Positions 11,893 through 27,214 of a stretch of DNA of 64,000 nt are shown here, piece after piece. Numbering within the stretch: the stretch's first letter is position 1; each line of letters starts with the position of its first letter. This DNA is from Octopus vulgaris (taxonomy: Eukaryota), in contig OX597814.1 in the NCBI GenBank assembly GCA_951406725.2, positions 139,066,001 through 139,130,000 on the forward strand. The letters run 5' to 3'. The position numbers and the translations under genes were made by a program. The notes under the pieces were generated by a model, which saw nothing but the letters and a program-made list of their open reading frames with translations, searched no databases and was not told the DNA's origin.

Positions 11893-12509
11893 TGTTGTAT
11901 CTTACCTGCCAACGGTGTACATCTGCAAAGTGTGGTTATTTTAATTTAATGCTACGTCAATAGCATGCCCGAATCTTTCAAATATTGTCCAATAAAATTA
12001 GGTAATGTCCAATAAAATTAGGTAATATTTTTAGTGAAGAAAAATATGTCTAAGTCCCATTTAACAAATACTAAGCAAGTGGATAATGTGAAAGTTACGA
12101 AAGCGGTAAATGGTGTTGATTACAAGATGTCTTTAGATTAAATCCGCACGATTAGCTTATCGAATTACTGGTCCTTCACGTATTTGATAACATTATGGAA
12201 AATATCTAAAACACTTTGCAATATGCTACAGTAGCTCCGGCCATCCTTAGTTCTTCTCAGATAAACTTTAACTATATTCAAATCTTTGACCCAGATGAAA
12301 AACACAAGAGGTAAATTATTTATCATACAACAGTAGAACATCACCATTTACACAATGAAAGGAAAATTTACAACTCCTGAAATATATTTGTCACGTGACA
12401 CATATGTTGCTTATTTTATCAAACATTATTTAGTAACAGAATATTACATAATCCATACTTGGAGAAATAACAACGTTGGAAAATATATTCTTTGGCATCC
12501 AATATAAGG

Positions 12510-12950
12510 AATATAATCATCCATCCATGCCATCCATTGTTCCTGGAAGTGTTGTGGAGGTAGAGTCCTCAGGCACCTCCTCTATTGGGTCCTCTCAACC
12601 GTCAGTAAAATTCCCTGCTGGATTCTTAAGCGTGACCAACTAAGACTATGGATATTATGCACCCATTTTGCTCATGGACTATCCCTAGGTCTCCTGCCGG
12701 TCAGTTTCCTTTGAAAAATCCATCTTGCAATCCTTTCCTATGACATTCTAATCACATTTTCATTCACCGGAGCTGCGACTTTTCACTGCGGAGGATTAGC
12801 GGCTCGACCTGCAGAGACTCTCTGGTCTTCGAGTTACGTACCCTGTCGAGTAAGGTTACTCCGGTGATTCTTATGAGTAATCACATCTCAGAAGTATTTG
12901 TATTTGCAATCGTACTCTTTCAGTGATTACCCAACATTCATGACCATGAA
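12510..12950 (-). mobile_element. Decayed RTE-type LINE 3' fragment
   Basis: Homologous to 27215-27620; the reverse strand reads remnants of SQLR..HVIRM and KPTGRRPR. Confidence 0.6.
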
Positions 12951-13440
12951 GAAATTATATTTTCAGCATTCCTATTAATCTCCATCTGACTGGGAAAATT
13001 ATAATACAAAGATCTTATGCAACTTTTGTATACGGACGGGTGATTACTTAGTATTCAAGAAACTTGACATCATTTTCCATGACAATATGGCAGTAATCTG
13101 TTTATGATTGATTTAACAATTTTGAGTGACTATAATACCATACAGAAGTGAGCTGATAAGTAGAATTGAATTAGTGAATGGAAAATATTAGAACATGTAT
13201 GAAATGGGATCATTGACCCATTTCTAATTAGTATAATCAGTATAGTATACAATCACTTCTGCAAAGACAGTAACGTATAAGAATAGAAATAATCATAGAA
13301 GTGTAAGCATATATATAATAGGCTATATTCATGAAGCATTTGTTCGCAATGAATATTTCAAAGCGTATATTTAGATATGTAACAACAACAAATATTTATA
13401 GATACGCAATGTGTTTGCATAGAGGATTTGCACACACGCA

Positions 13441-13503
<63 letters not shown>

Positions 13504-13648
13504 GCATATATATGTATGCAAAACTTAGATTAAACATTTTCTTTGTTTTTATGCTCAATATTATTTGCCTATCTATATTTATGTCAATCTTTTCCTTTGT
13601 TTCATACTCGAAATTATGTATGTGCTAGTGAGTGCTCCATCATATATA

Positions 13649-13717
<69 letters not shown>

Positions 13718-13751
13718 TGTTTATATGTGTGTTTGCGTATAAGTGATGTAT

Positions 13752-13791
<40 letters not shown>

Positions 13792-14448
13792 ATTTAAATA
13801 ATGAGGGAGATAAATTTAATATTAATTTAATTAATATCAATTTAAAACCAGTAGCGTAGCATACAAAAATCTGAAAAATCATAGAAAATTCTAATACATG
13901 TGTATATTTAAAAGGTTAAGAAACGGTCTGCGATTAATTCTTGTTTTTTATATAACTTTAATCTGTCTTGCCCGCATATTGTTCTGGTATCCGCTGAATT
14001 TTTCTCTGGAGAACATTCTTTTCTTTGTACTTTGATCGTAGGTGATCTACTTCTAGCATATGGCTGACCCTTTAGATATGTATATATATATATATATAAA
14101 CTTAAAAGTATGTTATGTATACTCGTGTATTTATGCATTCATACACACACACACTCATAGATACACGCACACTTACACACATACATACATACATGCATGC
14201 ATACATGCATACATACATACATACATACATACATGCATGCATACATACATACATACCCCTGTATGGTGTATTTACTTGAACCCTTGAAAATTTATGAGAC
14301 TGCACATATACGTCATCCCTTTTACTTCGAAACCATCAATGCCATTATATGTGTGTCTGTATATCCGTGTGGGTGTGCGTGCGTGTATGCGTGCGTGTGT
14401 GTGTTTGTGTTTGTGTAAGTATATATGTAAATATGTCTGTATGTATGC

Positions 14449-14487
<39 letters not shown>

Positions 14488-14622
14488 TATAAAAGAACGA
14501 TATAATTCCTTAAAATAATGCTAGTGGCCCCCAGCGTGAAAGCTGTATAGGCGAATTAATTATTAATTAATTAATATATATATGTTTGTGTGTGTGTGTG
14601 TGTGAGTGTGTGTATGTTTATA

Positions 14623-14675
<53 letters not shown>

Positions 14676-14692
14676 AATTATATATATATGTA

Positions 14693-14733
<41 letters not shown>

Positions 14734-16379
14734 TCGCAACCCTATCGATGGGAATATACATATATGCATAGAGAAAATACACAATCTTATGCGGATGTAA
14801 AGCAATAAGCAGTGAAGCATATGGAAAGGATATATTTAAGTGAGATTCGAGAAAATGTTTTAGCGATCTATAAATGGATGTCATAAGTCTACATTTTCAC
14901 AATAAAGATAGATAGATAGATATAAACAATCAGCTTCAAAGAGATACTTCCCTCTTTTTTGTTTCCCTCTCTCTTTCTCTCATCTCCTCCCTCTCGCTCT
15001 CTCTTTCTCTTTTTCTCTCTCCCTCTGTCTTTCTTACAGAAGCTTATCCTTCAAATATACATATATATATATATATATAAAGTATATGGGAAAAAAACCA
15101 TAAAATTTTCTGATTTCTCAAAATAAACCACTTTATGCTATGATTGGGGTAAATCTTTTACACGCAAAGAAAAGAACTGATGCCTAACTATACTTTAAGA
15201 GATAATTTTTCGTTTTATGCCTAAGAGAATATAAATATTTTTGCTACTTTTAGGAGATATTTTCGTTTTATACCTTATAAAGATAGATTGGCTGTAACGA
15301 TTCACTTTTATTTTTCTAAAGATAATTTCCTTGTTTATACACCGAAAACATGCTGTTACTTTGAAGGAATTATTTCTTGAAATTGCGGAAAAAGTGAGCC
15401 TAGATAATTACACCGACAAAATTATATCTATAAAATTAGGCCTTAAGATTTTTCAATATTTAACTACTAAAGCGTAAAGGACGCATGATAGCCATTCAAA
15501 AGCACACGACAACTGTTCACTTTCAAATTTATCATTTGGTGTCAAAATTTCGTAACACTAACTGCGACGTGGTCACTAACACGGTTCCGCTGCAAGTACA
15601 TCTCCGATATTCAAGGCCTGTCGTATCGCTAACTTGCAAGATTACAAAGTACTCGCAACTATTACGTCCATTGAACTTAAATAGTTGTAAGAAGTACATT
15701 GATCATTGTTTGCGTCAAAAGGAAAATAACGCAAAAATTAAAACAGACTGTGTACTTCACTTAAGGTATAAACCATCGGATTTCTAGCAAGATTAACAAA
15801 TAGAATACGGAATCATACGGTTCACTCATTCTTGGAACGCTTACTGGACTTCTACGAGGGATATATGAAAAGTTTTGAGCCTTGAAGTTTTGTACCTTCA
15901 TCAGAAGTCTTGTACCATGATTTGTTTTTTTGTTTTTGTTTTTGTTATTTTGAGGCTCAAGAATTTTCATACACTCCTTGTATATTTATATGTTTCTCAG
16001 CAACAGTAAAAGGGGAGATAAGGAAAGAAAGTATAAAACCTTCTCTAGAATGGTTTTTGCATCTTTTCTTCCGGTCAGGATGACAGGTACATATGTAACA
16101 ATAAATTACCGCCGTTTCTGTAGTTTCATCGCTTGTGAGGTTAAGGAAGGGTTAGATTAGGGGTAAAATAGACGGAATCAGTTGTGATCTTTCTGTCATC
16201 TGCGCAGATGCTTCCAGTTCAAGTGACTGATGCTATATGTGTAGGGGAGTTTTAGTGTTACCACGGTGTTGTTTTATTTGTCACAGTGGAACCTATAACA
16301 AATAGATACGACATTTGTAAATTTAGAACAAAACGTGGTCATACGCGTAAAGGAATGGATAGTCGCGATACATACATTC

Positions 16380-16462
<83 letters not shown>
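16380..16462. repeat. (GATA)n microsatellite
   Basis: Directly visible. Confidence 0.98.
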
Positions 16463-16463
<1 letters not shown>

Positions 16464-16517
16464 GTCATTGTGCGTGTACCAATGTTTGTATATAATATAT
16501 ACCTATACATATATAGA

Positions 16518-17928
16518 TATGTTTCTTTATTAGCCACACAGGGCTGCACACAGACGGGACAAATTACAAGGTAGAGCTTTTCTTTTGGGGGACAAAAAAA
16601 AGGGGGGGGTTCGATCAAAAGGGATCGTAAAAGGAAAGAAAGAGGAAAGCAAAAAAAATAAACAAAAATAAAGGAGGGGTAAAAATAAAAGGAAAAAGAA
16701 AAAATCGATCAATAGGGATCGTTATCACAGAAATGTCAATATAAAGTGTAAAGGGGAGGACAGGTGAGGTTTACCGGTGGAAAGAAAAGCCTACGGAAAA
16801 GACCACGGTAACCTCGGTCAATGAAGTCACATGTTATATTTTTTTTACAAATAAGCAACTCTCTATTATTTTTTACGGTTCATAGGATCATAGTCAAGGT
16901 GGCTTTGTCATTCATACGTGCCTTCTTTGCTACATTCACCCATCTTTTTTTAAAACATTCACTAGACAAAACTTGCCTCTCTACTCTCACTTTCCTCTTC
17001 AAGTGATACTTGAAGAAGTTGATGAGAGATTGACCAGAGGGGAAAGTGTTTGTCTTTAATCCTTTCAGGCGCGTCCACCAGACACAGTCTTTCGCCATAG
17101 CCACAAGTATGATAAAAATAGTTCTTCCTTCCCGTTTGAAAGAAGGAGGCGTGACGATATTAACGATAGACTTGGCTGATAAACCGACTCATCCCACACG
17201 TGACAGCAGCCGTTCGACATAAGCCCACAGGTCGGAGATTGTTGGACACTGCACGATTGCGTGCAGAACAGTTTCGTCGCTCTGACCGCATCTCGGGCAG
17301 GTCGGCCCCGTGTTTCTCGAGCCATGCTTATAGAGCTTATCCCGAACAGGTAGCGCTTCTTGGTAGCACTGGCAGGCCAGGGATCTCTGGAAGTTGTCCA
17401 TAGGTCCCGGCCCGAAAGTCGTATCAAACAGGCAGGTCAGGTATTCCTCGTCGACGCCCAGGTTCGCCCCAAGATCGTCGTCGTACCTCCCCTCCACTAA
17501 TCCCCTATAGAATGCTTGGGCTGTATTGAAGTCACTCAAGGTCGACCCGGGACGGCATAGTTGCTTGAGAGCAACGCGACACTCGCGGTGCCATTCGCCC
17601 TTCCTCGGCCTCTTTTTGATCCACGACTGCAGTTCTGTCATGGAGACGAGCTGCGGGAAAGTGTGCTTCACAAACGGCGACCACACTTGTTCACCGTCGT
17701 CTACATAGAGCCGGAGATGTTGCAGTCTCAGCGCGTGTCTGCGCATCATCAACCACGGCATGCCCAGCCCTCCTTTTAACGGGTGTTGACAGCAAATGGA
17801 TCGCCTGACCATCGGGACGCATCCTTTCCCCAAGAAGCGGAAAGAGAATGCGTTCTAGTTTGGTGATGGTTGGGTCGGGACAAGGTACGACGGTCAGGCG
17901 GTAGTAGATGATGGACGCGTTTTGCTGC
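16518..17928 (-). mobile_element. L1/Tx1-clade LINE, 5'-truncated (ORF2 C-terminus plus 3' UTR)
   Basis: ORF 17189..17833 has P.KGGLGMP, ALPVRDKL and a CPRCG..ETVLHAIVQC zinc knuckle; T-rich 3' UTR ends GTGGCTAATAAAGAAAC. Confidence 0.88.
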
Positions 17929-17952
17929 CAATAGATAGATATATACATATAT

Positions 17953-18011
<59 letters not shown>

Positions 18012-18082
18012 TACATATATATATATATATACATATATATTATATATATATATACATACATATTATATATATATACATATAC

Positions 18083-18156
<74 letters not shown>

Positions 18157-18164
18157 TATTATAC

Positions 18165-18700
18165 GCACACGATGTTGTGCGTATGGTGGGACGGGGAAGG
18201 GGTTATCTATTACGAATTGCTTGAACAGAACCAAACGGTCAACGTGGAGCTCTATGTTCAACAGATGGAACGACTCAACATAGCTATTCAAGAAAAAAGA
18301 CCTAATAGGCAGCATGGAGTTCTGCTGCACGACAATGCTCGCTCTCATATCGCCAATATGACCAAGGAAGTCATTCAAACGCATGGCTGGGAAATACTAC
18401 CACACTCGCCGTACTCTCCTGATTTGGCACCAACGGATTTCCACCTCTTTCGATCACTTTCAAATGCTATGCACAGAGTTTCGTTCAATACTGATGCAGA
18501 ATTGAGAGCTTGGTTGGATCAATTTTTCGAGTCGAAATCGGGGGATTTCTACCAACAAGGTATTGAAAATGTTCTTGAACGTTGGGAAGAAGTTGTAAAC
18601 AAGAGTGAATACATTATTGATTAATTAGTTGTTATTTTTTGTTAAACCTTTTAAAATATTTAAATTTTAAAAACCGTGAGAACTTAGGTGCCAACCCAAT
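18165..18700 (+). mobile_element. Mariner (DD34D) transposase 3' fragment with right TIR
   Basis: [48 protein letters not shown]; TIR-like aacttaggtgccaacccaa followed by TA; the N-terminus of the ORF-track call is TA-repeat read-through. Confidence 0.92.
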
Positions 18701-18708
18701 ATATGTAA

Positions 18709-18739
<31 letters not shown>

Positions 18740-18740
<1 letters not shown>

Positions 18741-18910
18741 AGTTCAAATTTACAGAAAACTAAAGACAAGACAAAACAGATGACTGAACAACAAGCAGGT
18801 GTATTAAATTTACGCTCGGAAAGAATGGAAAAGTCTTTGACGTTTCGAGCATGCGCTCTTCAACAGAAAGGGTTGTGAGGGAAAGGAGAGAGAACGAAAA
18901 AAGAAAAACG
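18740..18910 (-). mobile_element. Penelope-like pLTR/tail fragment
   Basis: Homologous to 56840-56970 (+) and 61280-61430 (-). Confidence 0.75.
18835..18870 (-). ncRNA. Minimal type-I hammerhead motif (A6U variant)
   Basis: cuuu CUGUUGA A GAGC-GCAU-GCUC GAAAC GUC aaag. Confidence 0.65.
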
Positions 18911-20589
18911 AAGGGATTAAAAATGTGTAGGGATTAACGGTTCAACATTTGAGAAATTATGGTAAATCTCCATTGCGAATTATCTGTCCTTTTTAGCGAG
19001 ACAAATTAATTATATGACGATTTCTTACCTCGATATGAATGTGTAAATATTTTTTGAAGGGAGAAATTTAAACTGTAAGACATTTATGTTTTATCAAAGT
19101 TTTCGAGTTGCATAATTGCAACAAAATTTCACTGCCCAGTTTATCGAGACTGGATCGATTACTACACTAAGAAATTTAACTTTATTTAACCTTTGTATGA
19201 TGCTGGCTAATATACATGAATATATAATACAGAAGAATTTGTTTAAAGTTTCTTTAATTAGGCTATTAAAATTTGGCATTTACATTTAATGTAAATTCTT
19301 TCGTGTTTATTTAAATGTTAATTAAGAACCTACATTTAATGGAGATTCTGATAATATATTGTTACACACGCTTACAAATGTTTTACTGTCCAGAACCGTA
19401 GCTCTCTAAAACTTTCCTTTTAAGAGAGCTGTTTTCTTCTAACTTTATCATCACCTTATAGAAAATGCATAGATTTGTTTGATATTATTCGTCACATTTG
19501 TCTGTATAATTATAACTAATTAGAAATTCAGCCATTTTGAATCTGACTTTTAAATAACTTATCTGAGGCAATCAATTTCCTCGATCGCTGTATTAGACAT
19601 TTTAATTAGCTGTCATTGATAAATTGAAATTTTCACACGCGCATTAATACTTTTGAGTACACAGAATTTTTTATAAGATACTTTCATCTTTAAAAATGGC
19701 CTCAATTAACTCGTAGGATACTGCAAATTTTTATTATGCCTGCATCGCATCATTTCCTTAGCGTCTATACACTATATTACTATTGTATTTTGTTATGTTT
19801 GCGCCATTTAGTTAAAGTTTATGTCTTTATGCATATCTATAGGCGGTAGGAAACAGCGCCTAGGTTTCGGCATTAATATGATAAAATTACATAAACAAAT
19901 AAGTGAGTGTTAATATATAATTACATTGTTGTATGTAATTAAATATGTATTGAATGTATCATTTATATAAATTTTTATTCCGGCAGTAGAATGTGTTATT
20001 TAAAACTAGTTTATTTAACATCTGCATTTATTATACGTATTACTGGAATCTTCAATACTCTGAAGTATATAGGTTCGTTTACTAAGCATTGATAGTCTTG
20101 TTCTAATGGAAGCTCTGGATGTCCTCACTTAACGGCAACACAACTTTAAATATATTAATGTTGATCTATTGTACTGTTACTTTGTACTGATCTATTGTAC
20201 TGTGATGCATACAAGTGTCATGTATACAAGTGATACTTGGGCAGAAAAGGTGACAGGAGTTGGGTAGCGAACTGCTTCTTGTATCAGATTGGTAATCTTT
20301 ATCTCGATTCCACTTGTGATGCCAAGAGTAAAATAATCCATAGATATACATAAAACTATACATATAACAAAGATAGAAAAGCAAATATATTTGCAAGCGT
20401 TTAACACGTGTTCCTAATTGCCAAAAAAACAAACACGCCACCAAAACTGAAAGTGTCAGTATTCTGATATGCATTTTTATGTATAACGAACATCAAAATG
20501 AAACATGGACACCAGATTTATAAACTTGAAACTGCAGTTAGTTTGTTAACGAACGGAATATCTCTCTTTGTGCAAAAGTATCAATTATT

Positions 20590-20985
20590 TTCGTGTCGTC
20601 GACCTTTACGTTTTGAGTTCGAATATTGCCGAGATGACGTTCTCCTTTCATCTTTTTAATGACGGTAAAATAAAAGTCATGCACTGGATCGATTTAATCC
20701 AATATACCGTCTCCTAAAATTTAAGATCTTGTGACTAAGTGAGAAATCAATATTACATAATCGAATGAGGCGGTGAACAAACAGAATCGTTAGTAGGACA
20801 GGCACAATGCCCGACGGCACTTCGTCTGTCTTTACGTTCTGGGTTCAAATGACACCGGGGTCGACTTTGCCTTTCTCTTTTCGAGGTCGATAAAATAAGT
20901 ACCAGTTGAACACTGGGGTTGATGTAATTGACTTATCCCCCACCCCCGAAATTGCTGGTCTTGTACCAAAATTTGAAACCAATAT
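20590..20985 (+). mobile_element. Two adjacent diverged SINE family A copies
   Basis: Both contain gttc(a/g)aat...cctttc..tttt..aaaataa..; the second (20767-20985) is better preserved. Confidence 0.75.
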
Positions 20986-21228
20986 TGCATCATCACACCA
21001 CCACCACCACCACCACAGGTCAACACTGCGCTACTCAGCACCACTAGTTATTACTTCTAAGACTTCTCTTCAATATGTCAATTGCTGGAGCAATTCAACT
21101 TTATAAAATCAGCTGCACAGCAGTCATCATTTCAACGAGACAACCTGTGAAGTATCGACTGTAAAAGTAGTCAGCTTGTATGAGATATCACTGCAACTGC
21201 CATTACGCAAATTGTCTAATCTACACGC

Positions 21229-21321
<93 letters not shown>

Positions 21322-22364
21322 GTATATTATTGACTAAACGTTATTTTACTCTTAAAGCAAAATCACGCCTACTATGTGTTACAGTGACTGAATATGGTTT
21401 AGTAATGAAAACTGACCTAAAACGTCCATCGTTAGATCCCTCCCCAAACGATATTCGTAATCATCGCAATCTAGAATTATCTCCATTTCATTCCGCATAT
21501 AATTTTTAACACACACCATTTAAAATGTGAACAGTTCTGCATAGCAAACAGATAAGTGAAAGCTCTATCAACTTTATCTGCAACTGGCTACCTAACCCTC
21601 TTTTAAATGGAATACTCTCCCACTTAACTATACAAAACTAACTGAAACTGCTCAAACCTCACGCAAAGATACCTTTGTTCCTTTTGATTGAGAAAACAAA
21701 ACAGAAAATAATAAAATAACAAACACAAACATGACTCTTTTAAAGAAGATATCAGTAGTTGTTTAAAGCCTCTGCCCTTAATTTTACAAGATTTAGTTTC
21801 TTATCTGGCATAATCCCATCCAAACAATACTTTATTTAACAGGCAAACAAACGGATCAGATAAGCAGAATAAATAAAAATGTGAATGTCTCATTTGGGAT
21901 TGGCATACTGAAGTAACTAACTATTTACAAATACATTGGTCTGGTATCTTACTGTGGCTAGATTGAATTCTCCCACACCAAACAAGTATAAATAAATGAC
22001 TGCCGTGATATATATTCGCCTTCAATTAGTAATTCTCTGTCAAATACCATGGCATGTAAATTTTATCCATTGTGATTTCCTAAGTGCATTATCAAAAGAC
22101 AAGTACGCATCTTCAGTATATACCATTAGTAAAATTAGATTCAGATCATAATAATCAGATTATAGCTTAAGATCCTCCCGATGATAATAACAACTTTTTT
22201 TTTCTATTATAATTAATATCGAGGCTCGTTGACGGTGATGTTATTAATATTGATGGTGCTTATATATTACTGTTGCCATTGTTGCAGTTATTCCTGGTAC
22301 TCGATATATCTGTGTGTAAATGTGTATGTGTACATGAATGTATGTATATATACATACATGCATA

Positions 22365-22420
<56 letters not shown>

Positions 22421-22871
22421 AACACATACACATGTGTGTGTGCATGCGTGCGTGCGTGTGTGTGTATGTGTCTGAGTCTCTGTCTGTCCTTGTCTGTATG
22501 TTATTCTCTACAATATTAAAGAGTTCGCTATAGATATCCTCGCTAAAACGACGTGTATTATTGTTGTTGTTGTTGTGTTTCGTTTCATATCAGGATATAA
22601 TAATTATTATTAAGTGTGCTTTTAAAAAAAAAACATTAATATTACTATCAAATCAATGGCAGGAACGGTCGATCAGAGAAAAAAATTGTCTTACAGTATT
22701 TAATTATGATCCTCTGCACTCGGAATTCAAATCCCACCAAGGTCGTATCTACCTTAGATCCGTTCTGGACCGATAAAAGCATTATTTGTTAAGTACAGTG
22801 ATAAATTTAACCAATTGTAATCTCCTCAAAAGTAGTTGACATGTTATTAGTCTTTGCTTATGGCGACAGTA

Positions 22872-24567
22872 GTAAGATGGACACGATTGAAAGGGTTTAG
22901 AGTTGTTTTCTACTCCTTAGACCTTATCCGGTATTTTGTCTCAAGAATATGAAGTTACATAGTGTTGTTGTCCGGTGTTGAAATACAGGGTGGTTATTTG
23001 AATGAAAGAATTGATACTCCTTCTTATTAACCGTGTAGGCATATTTGTAAAGAGAAACTATTATAAAGAAGGTGCTGAGCTGGCAGAATCGTTAGCGCAC
23101 CGGCCGAAATGCTTAGTGGTATTTCGCCTGTCGTAACGTTCTGAGATCAAATTCTGCTGGGGTTGGCTTTACTTTTCATCCTTTCGGGGTCGATAAATTA
23201 AGTACCAGTGAAAAACTGGAGTCGATGTAATCGACTAGTCCCCTCCCTTAGAATTTCAGGCCTTGTGCCTATAGTAGAAATGATTATTATAGTTGTTATT
23301 AATACAGCGATTCAGCAGAATCGTTAGCAGGTCGGAAAAATGTTTACGGCATTTCCTCCGACCCTTAACGTTCTCAATTCAAATCTTGTTGAATTCAGCT
23401 TTGCCTGTCATCCCCCGGGGTTGATTAAATATAGTACCATTATATATTAGGTCGACATAGTCGTCGTTCCCTGTCCTAAACTTTCTTGCCTTGATCCTAG
23501 CTTAAAAATGAAGCAAACTAGTATATTGTCTTTATCGTTGATGCTGCTGCAATCACTATGATCTTAATTATCATGTGGGTATTAGATTATTATAAACTAG
23601 AGGATTAAATAACTTGCATTAATAATAAAAATCTTATCGTTGAATGATTTGACGTTTCATCCATACTACGTCAATAACATAATCAAAGGTATGAGTCAAT
23701 TCAATTTTTGATCTTGTGTAAGATGGACACGATTGAAAGGGTTTAGAGATGTTTTCTGCTCCTTAGACCTTATCCGGCATTTTGTTCCAAAAATACGAAG
23801 TTACATTGTATTGTTGTCCAGTGTTGAAATACAGGGTGGTCATTTGAATGAAAGAATTGATACTCCTTCTTATTAACCGTGTGGACATATTTGTAAAGAG
23901 AAACTATTATAAAGAAGGTGCCGAGCTGGCAGAATCGTTAGCGCGCCGGCCGAAATGCTTAGTGGTATTTCGCCTGTCGTAACGTTCTGAGATCAAATTC
24001 TGCTGGGGTTGGCTTTACTTTTCATCCTTTCGGGGTCGATAAATTAAGTACCAGTGAAAAACTGGAGTCGATATAATCGACTAGTCCCCTCCCTTAGAAT
24101 TTCAGGCCTTGTGCCTATAGTAGAAATGATTATTATAGTTGTTATTAATGCAGCGATTCAGCAGAATCGTTAGCAGATCGGAAAAATGTTTACGGCATTT
24201 CCTCCGACCCTTTACGTTCTCAATTCAAATCTTGTTGAATTCAGCTTTGCCTGTCATCCCCCGGGGTTGATTAAATATAGTACCATTATATATTAGGTCG
24301 ACATAGTCGTCGTTCCCTGTCCTAAACTTTCTTGCCTTGATCCTAGCTTAAAAATGAAGCAAACTAGTATATTGTCTTTATCGTTGATGCTGCTGCAATC
24401 ACTATGATCTTAATTATCATGTGGGTATTAGATTATTATAAACTAGAGGATTAAATAACTTGCATTAATAATAAAAATCTTATCGTTGAATGATTTGACG
24501 TTTCATCAATACTACGTCAATAACATAATCAAAGGTATGAGTCAATTCAATTTTTGATCTTGTGTAA
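22872..24567. repeat. Tandem duplication of an 846-bp unit (each unit has two SINE A copies)
   Basis: 22872-23717 is repeated at 23718-24563 with GTAA microhomology at the junctions. Confidence 0.95.
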
Positions 24568-24595
24568 ACATTATATAAACCCTTATTATTCATAT

Positions 24596-25170
24596 AAGGC
24601 GACGAGCTGGCAGAAACATTAGCACGCCGGGCAAAATGCTTAGCAGTATTTTGACTTAGTATAAGTCGACTTTGGCTTTCGTTCTTTCGGGATCGATAAA
24701 TTAAGTACCAGTTGCGTACTAGGGTCAGTCTAATTGACTGGAGTAGAAAAGATTATTTTTCATATGATAAGGCGGCGAGCTGGCAGAAACGTTAGCACGC
24801 CGGGCGAAATGCGTAGCCGTACTTCGTCTGCCGCTACGTTATGAGTTCAAATTCCGCTGAGGTCGACTTAGCCTTTCATTCTTTCGGGGTCGATTAAATA
24901 AGTACCAGTTACGCACTGAGGTCGATATAATGGACTTAATCCGTTTGTCCGTCTTTTTTGTCCTCTCTGTGTTTAGCCCCGTGTGGGTAGTAAAGAAATA
25001 GGTATTTCGTCAGTTTTTACATTCAAAGTTCAAATTCCACTGAAGTCGACTCTGCTTTTCATCCTTTCGGGGTCGAAAAATTAAGTACCAGTTGCGTACT
25101 GAGGTCGATCTAATCGACTGGCCCCCTCCCCAAAAATTTCGGTCCTTGTGCTTAGAGTATAAAAGATTAT
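24596..25170 (+). mobile_element. Cluster of SINE family A copies (one deleted monomer, one dimeric copy)
   Basis: Heads at about 24596 and 24769; second body repeat at about 25000-25170. Confidence 0.88.
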
Positions 25171-27214
25171 TATTCATTTAAAATTAAACATTTTGTGATT
25201 CCTTGCGAGATTTCCCTCTAAACAGAGACTCTTCTATCTATATTTGTCAGTTGTGTGTAGTGTTCAGCTTTTAATCACTTCTATTTTTAATACCTTTCTT
25301 TCTACAATGCTTTCTGTTCGTCAATATGGAGCTGTCTACATTAAGACTTTTCTGTTGTCTACATATAAGGTATACATACTTAATATTAGTTTCCCATTTT
25401 TACACAAGGCCAGCAATTTTGTAGGAGTAGATAAGATGATTACTAGCCCCTCCTACGAAATTGCTGGTCTTGTTCCAAAATTTGAAACCAATATTTATCG
25501 ACTTTTCATGTTGCAACAACTTTTCATGTTGTTCATTATTTTTTTTATATAATGTTAATTATTTTTATTCCTCTAATTAATGCTAATTCTCTATCTTCAT
25601 TTATCCCCAAATTTTATTTCTTTCAGTAGCAAGGGAATTTTAATTGGAAATTAATTCTACTTATTTATTATGAGTGTATTCGGCACTCTGTTCGGATATA
25701 TACGGACATTATTGTGTTTAATCTTCATTTCATTAATAATGATGACAAGGAATTTCTTTTAATGTATTTATTAGTTTGCACTGATATCTCATAGAATTGC
25801 ATAGATTCATCATTTTTAGTGTATGTTTAAATCATCTATTTCCTGTTCTAAAACTGAAGAATTATTGCATTCTTCAATTTATTTAATTACTTATTCAATC
25901 ATGCGTCTTACTGCAGCCTTTGTCAGGATTTGACTACTTAAGATCAATCCTTTATTATCATTTGATGTTCACTGTAGGTTCTGAAATTACACTTAAACAC
26001 TTTGTTTAGCATTTTGTTAATATTGCAGACTATACTCCCAGAGAATCATTTCACCTAATTTATTTCGTGTTAATCAAAAAGAGTTTATGTCAATAAGTTT
26101 AATTGCTGGGGAGAGTGAAATAAATCTGACATTAGATGTGATATTCATCTTCCATTTGCTATTGTCCTTGTTAGGGTCCTTATATATTATTGACGATTAC
26201 TGAGTGTCGGAAATATATAATATATATTTGTGTTCAGTGAGACTGAAAATACATCTCCTAGCATCAAAATTACCTCTAGACCTCTACAGTTGAAAGTTAG
26301 CTTTTGCTTCTGTATAATCAAAGCCAAGGCATAGATCATTAAGAAACAAAGGCTAACTCACATATGATATTTCCTTTGTGGTCGGATATTCGAGTATTTA
26401 CTTCCAGTTTTGTTGACCCAATATGTGTCACCACATTAACTCACCAACTGCTAGACTGCGCTTGTCTTGAAACATTTTTCGACTACTACATCTGGCCTAT
26501 TGCACGCTGCTCTGATCGTACAGTGTCTAGGATGACAGTTTTGTTGTTGACCATTGGTAATTATTTATAAATCTGCTTCGTTTGATTATTTGGGTAGACA
26601 TTTCAAATATTTTTGGCAGTTCGTTTATTGATTTTTAGTGCCATAGAAGGGATGATGTTGGTAGTGGTGATATTTTAGAATTGTGTATGATATATATAGA
26701 GAGAAGGCTATGTAATGTATCTTTTCCTTTCAATATAGAATACATGCTTCTTATCTTTTTACTACAACAGCGCAAGATATTTCTGAGGTTTCCTTTTTTA
26801 GAAGAAATGCAAATTTAGCAGAAATGTGCAAGTTGTAGTGAAACAAAGCATGTGTACAAATCAAAAAGTATAGTGGTTATGAGAATAATTTTACAAGTGA
26901 CATGCTGCAGTAGGGTTTATATGGAAGGGCTAAGGTACCGAGAGAAAAATATTACCTTGAAATAAAATTGCATTAATAGAATAGTATTACTAGGATGTCC
27001 AACAATGAATATTGTCCTATCAAGAAAGTAACGGCCATATCACGGTCCTTGTTCAACTAATTCTTTCCCCACAACCCAATGAATTTGATAGCAATAAGAA
27101 TACTTACAACATTGAAGTGAATTTTATGAAAGCTTCTGAAACAATGCAGGTTAAAGCTTATTAATAAGAAGCGAGGAGCTTTTATTCTACAACATTATTT
27201 AAATATTTTACCTA

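Noticed and set aside
7158-12027. Short tandem duplications (about 23 bp at 7158-7206; 20 bp at 11986-12026)
   Set aside because: Ordinary slippage or repair duplications with no further structure.
11900-12380. Minus-strand exon suggested by cttacctg and ctgaaat motifs
   Set aside because: All three frames from the acceptor stop early, and there is no recognisable protein.
20166-20474. Non-repetitive 102-aa and 71-aa ORFs
   Set aside because: No recognisable motif or convincing splice signals; the length is compatible with chance.
22872-24567. Possible duplicated coding exon or CRISPR-like array
   Set aside because: The frames inspected are short or stopped and unrecognisable; there is no repeat-spacer periodicity, and the context is eukaryotic.
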